Numbered from the stretch's first letter, positions 43,777-54,320 are shown. The stretch is 64,000 bases of DNA from an uncultured Ignavibacteriales bacterium (GCA_964544635.1 CAZJCK010000002.1:29388-93387); one strand, 5' to 3'. Made by a program: numbers and translations. The notes: generated by a model not told the origin, from the letters alone.

Positions 43777-46521
43777 TCAACTGATAACGGCGCGCGCGGT
43801 TTCCCGCACGGTCGGGTGGGCATCATCGGCGGCCGCTTCAATGCGACGGCGCAGCCGGGGCGAGAGCGAAGACGACGATGCGTAGATGGCGCAGCTTTTC
43901 AACCACGGATCATTTCCATCGAGCAGGTAGGCGAGCGCCTCTTCGCGGCCGTCGAAGCGCTGGCCGAACAGCTCTTCCCCCTTGCGTATGAGCGTGGCCG
44001 ACGGCAGGTTATCGAGAATCGGCAACAGGTAGCGCTTGATGCCTGAGTGAATCAGGTTGTCGAGGAACTCAATGGCGTTGGCGCGCATCGCGCGTTCACT
44101 ACTGACAATGCCCTGCCAGGCGGAATAGATATCGTCGGGCGGGTAGCGCAACCCGAGCAGGCGAAAGATCCGTTCGAGATTGGCGGTCTGTTTCTCTTCG
44201 AGGGCGCGTTGCAGCAGGCTGTCGGCAGCCGAGACGGCGCCACCCTTGACCGCCAGTACATTGGCAATGGCGTAGTACATGCGGGTCTGTTCGACCAGGG
44301 CGGCATCGACCGACTCGGCCGGGAAGCGCAGCTCGGGGTGGCGGGCCCGCAGCTTGTTCAACGCTTTCATAACATAGAAGGTCAGTTCCGGCTCGACCGT
44401 CGAGAGAGCCTCGACCAGGCTGTCGACGGTCGCCTGGATCGGCAGCCCGACCATGGTCCGGGGGATATGGCGACGGATCTCCATTGCCAGATCGGGGCGC
44501 TGCAGATCGTCGGCCAGCCGGAGCAGCACCGTGGGACCGTAAGCCGCGATGGCCCGGCCGGCATCGGGCCGGAACCTGCGGTCGCGCAACAGCTCGATCA
44601 GGCGCGGCAGCAGCAGCAGGTCTTTCAGTTCAGCGATACCGGCGATGGTCGCACGCACCGCCCGCGCGGAATCACTGTCGAGCATCCGTTCCAAGTACGC
44701 TGCAAATTCCGGATGCGAAAAACTCCCCAGCGAGCGCAGGAATATAACCAGAGTCGGGTCGCGGTCGTCGAGTTGATCGGCTACCCGCTGCGCCAGGGCC
44801 GGGGTGACGGCTTCACGTTCGCTGTCGCTTCCATGCCGTCCGACACAGGCAATGGCGGTGGCAGCCAGCTGTGGATTATCGGCGGCAAGATACGAGGCGA
44901 TCAGTTGTGAACGCCGCCCGGCATCGTTAAGCAGGTAGCGCATCGCCTCGATGCGTACCTCCGGGTCGGCGTCGGCAAGCAGCCGCTCGGCCTCGCCGGT
45001 TACGGCCGGGTCGCGATCGACATGCAACAACGACAATACACGCCGCCGCACCTCTGGTGAATCATGCTCCAGCAACGGCGGCAGGTGGGCCAGCACGCCG
45101 GCATCGTTGACCGACTCGAGCATCGTCAGGGCATAGACGACCTCACGTTCATTGCGGCTCTGCAGCGAAGCGAGCAGGCTCTTGATGGTTGATGACTCCC
45201 CAATGGCGTGTCTGATTTCACTCAAGTCGATCTCCCGGCGCTGCAGCGCCGTGCGGAAGGCGTTTACATACTCAATACGGATTTTCAGGCAGAACACGAT
45301 CCAGAGTGCGATGACACCGATGACGACCAGGGCAATCTGCGGCACCGAGAAGTCGAGCACCACCGTGAGCAGCAAGAGGAGTACGCCGGCCAGACCACGG
45401 AACCAGCGATCGACGAACATGTCGATGAACACCTTGGTGCGTTCCTTGACATCCAGAGGTACCGGCAGGTACAGCAGTTCACGACCGGTCTTGTCGAGCG
45501 AGTACTCGAAGGCGGCATCGGTGCCCCGAAGCAGCACCGCGGCGATGATGCCGGGGAAGACGAACAGCCCGACCGAGCCTAAGAGTAGTCCGACCGGCAT
45601 AAACAGGATCACGCCGCCAACGCCCACCCATCGTAAGAGGCGTTGTACCAGGAGCAGTTGCAGCAGCAACGACACCAGGCTGAGACGGCCGTAGAACTGG
45701 CCGAGGAACGACGCCAGTTCACGTTCCTGCGTGAAGGTCGCGACCGAGATCGTCTTGAACTGGTAGTCGACCAGCGTTCCCGCCATCATGGCGGCGGCGA
45801 TGATACCGACGATGAGGCGGAGGTGACGATGGCGCGCCACTGTGCGGAGGCTGTCCCGAAAGCCGGCTGCGTGGGGCCGCACGGTCGAGCGGCGGCGCGG
45901 GCGGGCGCGGCGCTCGTCCAGGCGCCGCCAGATGAGGAAACTCAGACAGGTACAGACCAGCAGGAAACCGCCGCAGAAATACAACAGATCGGGGGTGGCT
46001 ATGCCACCCTCGGATACCAGAAACGCGGTCACCTCCCCGCCGACAAAGGAACCGATGATGGCGCTCGAGCCGAGCAGTACAAAAATGCGCTTGGCCTGGG
46101 TGGCATCGTACACGGCGTTGGCCATCAGCCAGAATTGCGATACCGTCAGTATGCCGTAGATGCTGACCCAGATATAAAAGACATAGAACACCCAGCCGTG
46201 CTGGAGATTCAGCAGCAGCCGCAGTACGACGATGCACCCGACGAGCAGCAGGGTGGTAATGTTGATGAGCCGGGACAGTCGAAAGCGACGGCTGGCGCGG
46301 GCGTACAGGCCGGTCAGCGGCGCGACAATCACGGCTATGAGTATGAAGACGAACGGTAACTGCTCGGCGCCGAGTTCGACCAGAAAGAGTGAGTCGCGCG
46401 CCGGTTTCAGAAAGTAGTATGTCACCATCACCAGGAAGTAATACAGTGACATGAGGACGGTGATAGCGACCTCCCCCGGGCGAACATCGATAATGGACGA
46501 CAGCCGCGGTTTCGACAGCAT
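43777..46521 (-). CDS. TLC/AAA-family (ATP:ADP antiporter-like, MFS-fold) transporter fused to a long C-terminal HEAT-repeat domain
   Basis: The N-terminus EVAITVLMSLYYFLVMVTYYFLKPARDSLFL matches the TLC N-terminal signature, and about 11-12 TM helices follow. The C-terminal roughly 450 aa contain repeated D-x-(D/S)-P-E-V-R HEAT-like units (HDSPEVRRRVLSLL, DADPEVRIEAMRYL, DAHPTVRETA). Confidence 0.7.
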   Translation of the reverse strand: MLSKPRLSSIIDVRPGEVAITVLMSLYYFLVMVTYYFLKPARDSLFLVELGAEQLPFVFILIAVIVAPLTGLYARASRRFRLSRLINITTLLLVGCIVVLRLLLNLQHGWVFYVFYIWVSIYGILTVSQFWLMANAVYDATQAKRIFVLLGSSAIIGSFVGGEVTAFLVSEGGIATPDLLYFCGGFLLVCTCLSFLIWRRLDERRARPRRRSTVRPHAAGFRDSLRTVARHRHLRLIVGIIAAAMMAGTLVDYQFKTISVATFTQERELASFLGQFYGRLSLVSLLLQLLLVQRLLRWVGVGGVILFMPVGLLLGSVGLFVFPGIIAAVLLRGTDAAFEYSLDKTGRELLYLPVPLDVKERTKVFIDMFVDRWFRGLAGVLLLLLTVVLDFSVPQIALVVIGVIALWIVFCLKIRIEYVNAFRTALQRREIDLSEIRHAIGESSTIKSLLASLQSRNEREVVYALTMLESVNDAGVLAHLPPLLEHDSPEVRRRVLSLLHVDRDPAVTGEAERLLADADPEVRIEAMRYLLNDAGRRSQLIASYLAADNPQLAATAIACVGRHGSDSEREAVTPALAQRVADQLDDRDPTLVIFLRSLGSFSHPEFAAYLERMLDSDSARAVRATIAGIAELKDLLLLPRLIELLRDRRFRPDAGRAIAAYGPTVLLRLADDLQRPDLAMEIRRHIPRTMVGLPIQATVDSLVEALSTVEPELTFYVMKALNKLRARHPELRFPAESVDAALVEQTRMYYAIANVLAVKGGAVSAADSLLQRALEEKQTANLERIFRLLGLRYPPDDIYSAWQGIVSSERAMRANAIEFLDNLIHSGIKRYLLPILDNLPSATLIRKGEELFGQRFDGREEALAYLLDGNDPWLKSCAIYASSSSLSPRLRRRIEAAADDAHPTVRETARAVIS

Positions 46522-46522
46522 C

Positions 46523-48712
46523 TCAGGTCCGTTTCACGCGGTGCTCAAGGTCGTGCGGAAATCTGAGGATGAACGTGTTGCGCGAAGCCGAGGTGTCGAT
46601 CGCTATGACACCCTCGTGGCGCTGCAGGATCTGGTAGGCGATGGCAAGATCGAGGGCCATACTCATGCGCCCGCGCTCGGCGACGAATCCCGGGTCGAAC
46701 ATGTGCGACTGCTCGGCTTCCGAAAGCGTCGGGCCGTTATCGGCTACTGAAACCGCGATCGACTCGCCCTGTCGCTCGAGCCTGATATCGATGCGACCAC
46801 CATCTGCCGGTACAACCGCGAGCGCCCGCCTGACAATGTACATGATCGCCTGATTCAGCGGCCCGGGGTAGCAGACGACCGGTCCCGGATGATCGCTCGA
46901 TATGCCGACGGCAACGCCTTTTCTGTCGATGTCGTACCGCAGCATCGCGATCACATCCTCAATCGCGGCACCGAGGTCGACCGGTTTGAGTTCGGCTTCA
47001 TCAAGCCGCGCGAAACTGCGCAGGCGGCGGACGATCTCGGCGATACGCGTCAGGCTGCTCTGTACCACCGAACTGCTCTGGTCGATGATATTGAGCAGTC
47101 GGGGAATGTCGTCCCCCGACCCGCTGCTCTCGAACGACTTGTTGAGTCTCTCGACAGCGCGGGAGAGATTCTGGTTGGACGATCGCAGCGCTCCCACCGG
47201 CGTGTTGAATTCGTGCGATACGCCGGCCACCAGCTGCCCCAGCGCCGCCATTTTCTCCGACTGGACCAGTTGCGCCTGGGTCTTGTGCAGCTGACGATTG
47301 GTTGCTTCGAGCGCATGCATCGCCTGCTCCAGCTTACGCGCTTCCTCGAGTTCCCTGCGCTGGTGGGCGAGATCCTTCTCCAGCATTTCGCGGCGGGATA
47401 CTTCTTCCATGCTGCGGCGCTGCTGTTCGAGGTTTTCCTGCGACAGGCGCCTCACTTCATCCAATCGGCGCGACAGGTGCAGGTTGGTGGTCGCGAAGTT
47501 GCGGGCCAGGTGGATGGACATCGTCAGCATGAGGACCCCGAATCCGTACATGTAGAGAAACCGGACGTACTCCCCGAATATACTGAATACCCGCAGATAG
47601 CCGAACATCGATATACTGCTGGTGATAATGAGCACGGCGAAGCCGACGCCTATCAAACGGGCGCCGGGCCGGCCGCGATACGCCGCCAGGGCAATCACAC
47701 GAATCGTCTCAATGAACCCGAGGACCACGAACAGATCAAAGCTGTGGCGCCACAGCCACGACGGCCAGGTCAGCGCCGCCACCGCCAAAAGCGCGCCGAT
47801 CGGTATGAGCAGTTTGAAGACAATGCCGAGCCGTCCGAGGTACAGCCGGTGTACGAAGTGGACGACGGCGAAAGTCACACCGAGGAGAGCAAGTTGCGCC
47901 AGCTTGAGTCGCACGATAAACTCTGACAGGCTCTCGGCGTGGTCGACACTCGGCGGCAGATAGGCGGCCGCGGCCAGGAAAAAGGCGACGATAGCGAAGT
48001 CGCGGTTTTCAGTCAGCGGTCGGTAGAACAACCACAGCAGCAGGTGAATGACCATGAGCGCCAGGGCAAGCGCGGTGTAGTGGGCCTGGTGGCGGACTAC
48101 CTGGATCTCATGGCGGTGAAGCCAGTCGCCGGCATGTTCACTGTGCGCTATCGATACATAGAAGCCCTGCGACTGGCCTTCGGGCGCCAGCTGCAAAACG
48201 TCATGTCCGGAGTAGCGCACCGCCAGCAGATGACTGCCGGCCGCGGTAAACACGATGCGCTCCGGATCAGTACCGTCGGTAAAGGTGGATACTTCGTCCT
48301 GCACCGAGTGACCGACGGTACCGGCGCGTACCAGCAGGCGCCCGTCAAGGTACAGTTCGGCGGCGCCCAGAATCGTCAGCCGAAAGTCGATCGGTTCTCC
48401 CGCCAGTTCCGGCGGGACCTGCAGGCGCAGGCGGTACCAGCCGAACCCCTCCCACCCGGACGGCTGCTCACCGGCGTCGGTCAGCGTGATGGCCGTCGAC
48501 CAGTGACTGTCGTCATACTCGGGCCGGGCAAAGTGGGCGCTGTCGAAGGGCGAGAAGCGATACGGCGTGAACAGGCCGGCAACCTCCCCCTGCATCAGGC
48601 TGTCGGCCGGCAGGCGATACTCCTGGGCGGCTCCGGAAACCGCCATCATAACGAAGAGTATGACGGCACCCAGTACCCACGATGCAGTGCGTCCGTCAGG
48701 CTTACGCACCAT
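46523..48712 (-). CDS. Sensor histidine kinase with 7TMR-DISM-type extracytoplasmic domain and 7-TM module
   Basis: ATG at 48712 (MVRKPDGRTASWVLGAVILFVMMAV). The periplasmic domain contains W...GFGWYRLRLQVP...LYLDGRLL. Seven hydrophobic helices and a coiled coil follow, then the H-box VAGVSHEFNTPVGAL and an HATPase domain (DNGPTL...DPGF). Confidence 0.8.
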   Translation of the reverse strand: MVRKPDGRTASWVLGAVILFVMMAVSGAAQEYRLPADSLMQGEVAGLFTPYRFSPFDSAHFARPEYDDSHWSTAITLTDAGEQPSGWEGFGWYRLRLQVPPELAGEPIDFRLTILGAAELYLDGRLLVRAGTVGHSVQDEVSTFTDGTDPERIVFTAAGSHLLAVRYSGHDVLQLAPEGQSQGFYVSIAHSEHAGDWLHRHEIQVVRHQAHYTALALALMVIHLLLWLFYRPLTENRDFAIVAFFLAAAAYLPPSVDHAESLSEFIVRLKLAQLALLGVTFAVVHFVHRLYLGRLGIVFKLLIPIGALLAVAALTWPSWLWRHSFDLFVVLGFIETIRVIALAAYRGRPGARLIGVGFAVLIITSSISMFGYLRVFSIFGEYVRFLYMYGFGVLMLTMSIHLARNFATTNLHLSRRLDEVRRLSQENLEQQRRSMEEVSRREMLEKDLAHQRRELEEARKLEQAMHALEATNRQLHKTQAQLVQSEKMAALGQLVAGVSHEFNTPVGALRSSNQNLSRAVERLNKSFESSGSGDDIPRLLNIIDQSSSVVQSSLTRIAEIVRRLRSFARLDEAELKPVDLGAAIEDVIAMLRYDIDRKGVAVGISSDHPGPVVCYPGPLNQAIMYIVRRALAVVPADGGRIDIRLERQGESIAVSVADNGPTLSEAEQSHMFDPGFVAERGRMSMALDLAIAYQILQRHEGVIAIDTSASRNTFILRFPHDLEHRVKRT

Positions 48713-51700
48713 CGGGCTCCGTAGATGTTCGTCCAAGGGTCTTGTCCTGGCTGATCGGTAACAGCAGGCGGAAAGTTGTGCCCTTGCCCACCTCGCTGTC
48801 CACCTCGATGCGACCGTGGTGGTCCCGGATGATCTGGTAGCAGATCGACAGCCCGAGACCGGTGCCGATACCCACGCCCTTGGTAGTGAAGCCGGGATCG
48901 AACACCTTGTCGAGGTGCTCCGGCTTGATGCCGCTGCCGGTGTCGGAGAACTCGATTGACAGATAGCCGTCGCGGACCCGGGTCCGTATGGTGAGGATCC
49001 CCTTCCCACCCATCGCCTGGCGAGCGTTATTGAGAATATTGAGAAACACCTGGTTCAGTTTGCCGGGGTAGCAGGCGATCTGGGGAATGTCGCCAAAGTC
49101 GCGTACGATCTCGATACCGTGCTTGATCTCGTGGTAGATCAGGGTCAGGGTATCTTCAATGCCTTCATGAATGTCGCAGGTCTTAAGTTCCGCTTCGTCG
49201 AGGCGCGCGAAACTGCGCAGCCGCCGCACGATGGTAGTTACGCGGCCGGTACCGTTCTTGATCACCGCATTGGCGTCGTCGATCACCTTGAGCAAACGCT
49301 GCGACTGGGTGTTGTCCTGGAGCAGCTCCGGGGCGGACTCTTCGAGGATGGCGCGCAGCTTCTCGATACTTCGCATGAGCGTATTGTGCATCGAGCCGAC
49401 AGCGCCGATCGGGGTGTTGATCTCATGGGCGATGCCGGCCACCAGCAGACCGAGCGACGCCATCTTCTCGGACTGCACCAGCTGCGACTGGGCGTCGCGC
49501 AGCTCACGGTTGGCGCGCTCCAGGCTCGATACCATGGCATGCATGTCGGTGACATCGTGGGCCACGCCGATACCGGCCACGATTTTGCCGGACTCATCGC
49601 GCAACGGGGAGGCGCTGGTATGATGCCAGCGCACCGAACCATCCTTGTGCCTCACCCGGTACTCGATCTCGCCGCTGTCGCCATGCGCCAGCACCTGCTC
49701 CATGAACTCCCGGCAGCGCGGCAGGTCCTCGTCGATGACAAAGCGGTCGATCCCCCGTCCCAGCACATCGCCGACCTCATGCCCGAGGATCTGCTTCCAG
49801 TTCGGCGAGACATACGTAAACACGCCCGACGGATTGACCGAGTAGATGATCTCGCGGGCATTCTCGACCAGGCTGCGGAACCGCTGTTCGCTCTCGCGCA
49901 GCGCTTCCTGCGACTGGCGGCGCTCTATGTACACGCCGATCATCTCGGCGGCGGTGCGCAACACCCGGCGGTCTTCATCGTCGATGCGACGGTCGCCGGT
50001 GCAGTCGTCAAGCCCGACGAAGCCCCACCAGTCACCGCCGACCCGGATGGGTATGATCAGGATGGCGACGATGTCCTGCGGCTCGAGCAGCGTCCGCTCC
50101 GATTTCGGAAAGTCTTCCGTACGGCCGAAGATTTCATTTCCGGAGGCGAGTTGCTGCTGCCAGCGCGGTAAGTGTTCGGCGTAGCAGATGTGCTGCAGTT
50201 CGGGGTTATCGATCTCGGCGGTTGCATCTTTGCCAACCACTTCGTAGCGCTGGCGGCAACACATTCTGTCCTGATCATCGATGAAGTTCTCGAACAGGTA
50301 GGTGCGATCGACCTGCGCCGTCACGCGTATGATCGAGAGCAGGCTGTTGATCGCCTCGTCCATGTACGGCGTTTCCAGCAGCACGCGGGAGCACTCGGCC
50401 AGCGCTTCTTCGTAGCGCAGGCGACGTTCCACGCGCTGCTCCGCTTCCTTGCGCTCCGAAATATCACGGCCGATACCGGAGATGTAGGCGACCTCGTCGT
50501 TGTCTCCCTTGATCGTGAATAGCGAAACCTCGACCGCTTTGCGATCTCCACGAGCCGTCGTAATGTCGATCTCGCCACGGAAACGCCCTCGCGACAGCAA
50601 CGATGCTTCGGCGCGGTCATAAAAGTCGGGGCCCACCAGTTCCTTGATGGACATGCAGTGCAGGTCGTCGAGCGTGTAACCGGAGGTCTGCTGCATGGCC
50701 GGGTTGCTTTCGATCAGCCGCCCCTCCGGCGAAAAAATGGTGATACCGTCGTGAGCATTCTCGTAGATGCGACGGTACAACCGGAGCTTCTCTTCGGCCT
50801 CACGCTGATCGGTGATATCGATACCGGTGGCGACTATATAATTGACCACACCGTCATCGTCAGTCAGCACCGTATTGGACCACGCGATCAAGCGACGCTC
50901 ACCGTCGCGTGTCAGCCAGTAGTTCTCGCCGTACAGCGGATAGTCGCCGCCGAACAGTCGATCGAGCAGGCTGTTGACCCGCCCCTTCTCCTCGTCCAGC
51001 AGGAAGAGGTCATCGAACGGCTTGTTGATTACTTCGCGGTGATCATAACCGGTCAGGCGTTCGCAAGTGCGATTGAAGCGGACGATATGGCCTTGTCGAT
51101 CGAGCACTACCACCAGGGCGCCGATGGTGTCGAGCACGGCCGACACGAAATTGCGCTCCCGGCGCAGGGCCTGCTCCGCCTCCTTGCGTTCATCGATGTC
51201 GTAGACGACACCGATGGAGACGGCCTCACCCGACAACTCACCGCGCACCAGTGTGAGGACCGCCCAGAAAACCGATCCGTCGGCGCGCCGCAGCTGCACG
51301 TCCATGTCCTTACAGTAGCCGAGTTCGATAAGTGAGTCCATAACGCGGGCTCGATCCTCGGGGTTGACGTAAAACTGCGGCGTCTTGCGGCCGATCAGCT
51401 CGTCGGCAGGCAGGCGCATCAGCCGCGAAAGCGAGTCGTTGGCATAAAGTATCTCGCCGTCGGAGGCACGGGCGATAATCGAGGCGATCGGCACCGCCTG
51501 GACAAGCATACGCAGCAGTTCGTCGGATCGCTGGGCGCGAGTGGTGTCGGTGAATATCCAGAGTCGGCCCATTACCCGGTCGTTCTTTTCCCGGACGACG
51601 AATGAGAGCACACTCAAGAATCGTTCTTCCGGCTGCAGCAGCTTGAGACGTCGGGGCAAAACCTCCAGGTCGGTCAGGTAGTCGTGGGGATCGTCGGGAT

Positions 51701-52712
51701 CGTTGCGCAGGGATTCGAGCTGCCTGAGGAAGGCGGCGGCATCTTCAAATTGCGTCGCAAGATCGGTCACAATCTTCTCGAAGGTCCGGTTTTGCAGTCG
51801 GACCGGTGTCATACCGAAGAACTCGCTGGCGGCGCGGTTGAACACGCTGATACGGTCGTCGGGATCAACCATGATGATGGCCGACTGGGTGGTATCCAAA
51901 ATGGCCTGCACAATACTGAAGGAACGCTGCAGCTCCTCGTTGCGGCGGCTCAGTTCGGCCTCCATGCGCAGCCGACGGGTAACATCGCGGGCAATGCCGT
52001 ATTCGGCCACCGGCCGATTGCCGTCATAGATTATATGTGTCGAGACTTCGAACTGGCGGGTTTCCCCCGACCTGGCGACCAGCGGCAGGATCTGTGAACG
52101 GACGGTGCCGGTGGACAGGCTGATTGCCCCCTGGAACTTCTGTTGCATCTCATCACGTCGCTCCGGAGGAATCAGGTCGAACGCCGAACGGCCGATCAGC
52201 TCATCCGGCTTATAGCCGAGCAGATCCTCTACCGCCGGCGATACCATGGTGAAGCGGCCGTCGGTATCCACGATGTAGACCATATCCAGCACATTTTCCA
52301 TAGTGAGTCGAAGGTCACGTTCCGACTCCTGCAGCCGGCGCAGCAGCTGCACTCGCTCAAGCGACTGCGTCACGGCCAGCTCCAGGTTTTGTGGGCTGAC
52401 CGGCTTGGACAGGAATTGATCGGCCCCCGCCGCGATTGCCGACCGCGCGGTATCAATGCTGGCATGCGATGACTGCAAAATCACTGCCGGCGCCGAGGGG
52501 TGCTTCTTGATGTCATGGAGCAACTCCAGGCCGGAGCGATCGGGAAGGGTCAGGTCAGAGATGACGACATCGAATTCGGCACGGTCGAGTGCGGCCATCG
52601 CCTCTTTGGATGATCCGGCTTCGACCACCTCGTACCCCTGCGATCGCATCCGACCGACCAGCTCGCGGCGTTGTTGCGCCTCTTCGGCTATGTACAGAAT
52701 TCTCGTCGCCAT
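48702..52712 (-). CDS. Hybrid sensor kinase: N-terminal REC, multiple PAS/PAC domains, GAF-like domain, HisKA and HATPase
   Basis: ATG at 52712 with a GAGGAG SD (the track start at 52718 is a GTG). REC domain (ILYIAEE...VVISDLTLPDRSG). There are many PAS-like repeats (e.g. ...FRSLVENAREIIYSVNP...). H-box VAGIAHEINTPIGAV. HATPase (DTGSGI...DPGFTTKGVGIGTGLGL). Confidence 0.85.
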   Translation of the reverse strand: MATRILYIAEEAQQRRELVGRMRSQGYEVVEAGSSKEAMAALDRAEFDVVISDLTLPDRSGLELLHDIKKHPSAPAVILQSSHASIDTARSAIAAGADQFLSKPVSPQNLELAVTQSLERVQLLRRLQESERDLRLTMENVLDMVYIVDTDGRFTMVSPAVEDLLGYKPDELIGRSAFDLIPPERRDEMQQKFQGAISLSTGTVRSQILPLVARSGETRQFEVSTHIIYDGNRPVAEYGIARDVTRRLRMEAELSRRNEELQRSFSIVQAILDTTQSAIIMVDPDDRISVFNRAASEFFGMTPVRLQNRTFEKIVTDLATQFEDAAAFLRQLESLRNDPDDPHDYLTDLEVLPRRLKLLQPEERFLSVLSFVVREKNDRVMGRLWIFTDTTRAQRSDELLRMLVQAVPIASIIARASDGEILYANDSLSRLMRLPADELIGRKTPQFYVNPEDRARVMDSLIELGYCKDMDVQLRRADGSVFWAVLTLVRGELSGEAVSIGVVYDIDERKEAEQALRRERNFVSAVLDTIGALVVVLDRQGHIVRFNRTCERLTGYDHREVINKPFDDLFLLDEEKGRVNSLLDRLFGGDYPLYGENYWLTRDGERRLIAWSNTVLTDDDGVVNYIVATGIDITDQREAEEKLRLYRRIYENAHDGITIFSPEGRLIESNPAMQQTSGYTLDDLHCMSIKELVGPDFYDRAEASLLSRGRFRGEIDITTARGDRKAVEVSLFTIKGDNDEVAYISGIGRDISERKEAEQRVERRLRYEEALAECSRVLLETPYMDEAINSLLSIIRVTAQVDRTYLFENFIDDQDRMCCRQRYEVVGKDATAEIDNPELQHICYAEHLPRWQQQLASGNEIFGRTEDFPKSERTLLEPQDIVAILIIPIRVGGDWWGFVGLDDCTGDRRIDDEDRRVLRTAAEMIGVYIERRQSQEALRESEQRFRSLVENAREIIYSVNPSGVFTYVSPNWKQILGHEVGDVLGRGIDRFVIDEDLPRCREFMEQVLAHGDSGEIEYRVRHKDGSVRWHHTSASPLRDESGKIVAGIGVAHDVTDMHAMVSSLERANRELRDAQSQLVQSEKMASLGLLVAGIAHEINTPIGAVGSMHNTLMRSIEKLRAILEESAPELLQDNTQSQRLLKVIDDANAVIKNGTGRVTTIVRRLRSFARLDEAELKTCDIHEGIEDTLTLIYHEIKHGIEIVRDFGDIPQIACYPGKLNQVFLNILNNARQAMGGKGILTIRTRVRDGYLSIEFSDTGSGIKPEHLDKVFDPGFTTKGVGIGTGLGLSICYQIIRDHHGRIEVDSEVGKGTTFRLLLPISQDKTLGRTSTEPDGA

Positions 52713-52901
52713 CTGCACTCCTCAATACCCTTCGTTCCGTATACGCCCAGAAGTCCGGAAAGATAACAGCTTTCACCACCCGACACAATCAACCAGCCGG
52801 AAATGATCTTTACTTTCCACGACGTCAAGTGTACGTTCGGCGACACACCCGGCCACTGGGCCAGGTCGTTTCAAGAACCTTTTAGCGATGGAATAGCCGC
52901 C

Positions 52902-54320
52902 ATGCGAATCATATTCTCAATGTACCGGACATCGATTCTCATTCTACTCATGGCGTCAGCCCTGGCGATTTCGACCGCCCCGCGCATCAACGCCGAATCG
53001 CTGGTGAATTTCAGCGAGACGCTCCAGGAGATAACAACCCGCGTGTCGCCGGCGGTGGTCCAGATTATTGTAGCCGGCTATACGCCCGGCACACCCGGCA
53101 GCGCCGGCCTGCTGGAACTGAATCAGTCGTCCGGATCGGGAGTGATAGTCGACCCCGACGGCTACATCGTCACCAACGCCCATGTCGTCGCCGGCGCCCG
53201 GCGTATCCAGGTCCTGCTGGCGGCATCGCACACCGCCGGCAACGATTTCAGCTCAATCCTCAAGCCGCGCGGCGATCGGCTTGGCGCCCAGGTGGTCGGT
53301 ATCGACCGCGAAACCGACCTGGCGGTGCTGAAGGTTCAGCAGGAGGGGCTGCCCTATCTCGAACTGGGTGACTCCGACAAGTTACGGCAGGGCCAGTTGG
53401 TGCTGGCATTCGGCTCGCCCCGCGGCCTGGAAAACAGTGTCACCATCGGCGTGGTATCGTCGGTGGCACGGCAGCTGGTTGCCGATGACCCGATGATCTA
53501 CATCCAGACCGACGCCTCGATCAACCCGGGCAACTCCGGCGGACCGCTGGTCAATGTCGACGGCGAGGTGGTCGGTATCAATACTTTCATCGTCTCGGAA
53601 TCGGGTGGCAACGAAGGGCTAGGCTTCGCCGCGCCGTCGAATATCGTCCGCAACATATACGAGCAGTTTCGCAATACCGGATATGTTCGCAGGGGCGTGA
53701 TAGGTGTGAATGCCCAGACGATCACCCCCGACATCGCCCAGGGACTCGGCCTCAACCGCGATTGGGGTGTTGTCCTTGGCGACGTTTATCCCAATTCACC
53801 GGCCGAGCAAGCCGGCCTGCAGGTGGGCGATATTATCCTGTCGGTCGATGGCAAGACAATGGAAAACGGCCGCCAGTTTGATGTCAATCTGTACCGGCGC
53901 ACCATCGGGGAGCGCGTGAGGCTGGAGGTTCAGCGGGACGGTGCGCCGATAAACGTCGAGGTCATGGTCATCGAGCGCGTTGAAGAAGCCGACCGATTCT
54001 CGCGCATGGTCTCGCCGGAAGACAACCTGGTCGACAAGCTGGGCATCCTGGCGCTCGAACTGGATGACAATATCCGCTCCATGTTGCCCGAATTACGCCG
54101 TGATGACGGTGTTGTCGTTGCCGCCCGCAGCAACGTGGCGGCGGCATTCCGAACTGGCGGCTTCCTGCCGGGGGATGTCATCTACGCGGTCAACCGGCAG
54201 GCCGTCGGTGACCTGACCCAATTGCGCGAGGCCCTGAGCGGCCACCGTACCGGACAAGTCCTGGTCGTGCAAATCGAACGGCTGGGCCGGTTGATGTACC
54301 TGCCGGTGCTGGTGCAGTAG
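52902..54320 (+). CDS. htrA: HtrA/DegP-family periplasmic serine protease with two PDZ domains
   Basis: Signal peptide from the ATG at 52902. Catalytic motifs TNAHVV, D(L)AVLKV and GNSGGPLVN. Two PDZ-like segments. Confidence 0.88.
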   Translation: MRIIFSMYRTSILILLMASALAISTAPRINAESLVNFSETLQEITTRVSPAVVQIIVAGYTPGTPGSAGLLELNQSSGSGVIVDPDGYIVTNAHVVAGARRIQVLLAASHTAGNDFSSILKPRGDRLGAQVVGIDRETDLAVLKVQQEGLPYLELGDSDKLRQGQLVLAFGSPRGLENSVTIGVVSSVARQLVADDPMIYIQTDASINPGNSGGPLVNVDGEVVGINTFIVSESGGNEGLGFAAPSNIVRNIYEQFRNTGYVRRGVIGVNAQTITPDIAQGLGLNRDWGVVLGDVYPNSPAEQAGLQVGDIILSVDGKTMENGRQFDVNLYRRTIGERVRLEVQRDGAPINVEVMVIERVEEADRFSRMVSPEDNLVDKLGILALELDDNIRSMLPELRRDDGVVVAARSNVAAAFRTGGFLPGDVIYAVNRQAVGDLTQLREALSGHRTGQVLVVQIERLGRLMYLPVLVQ

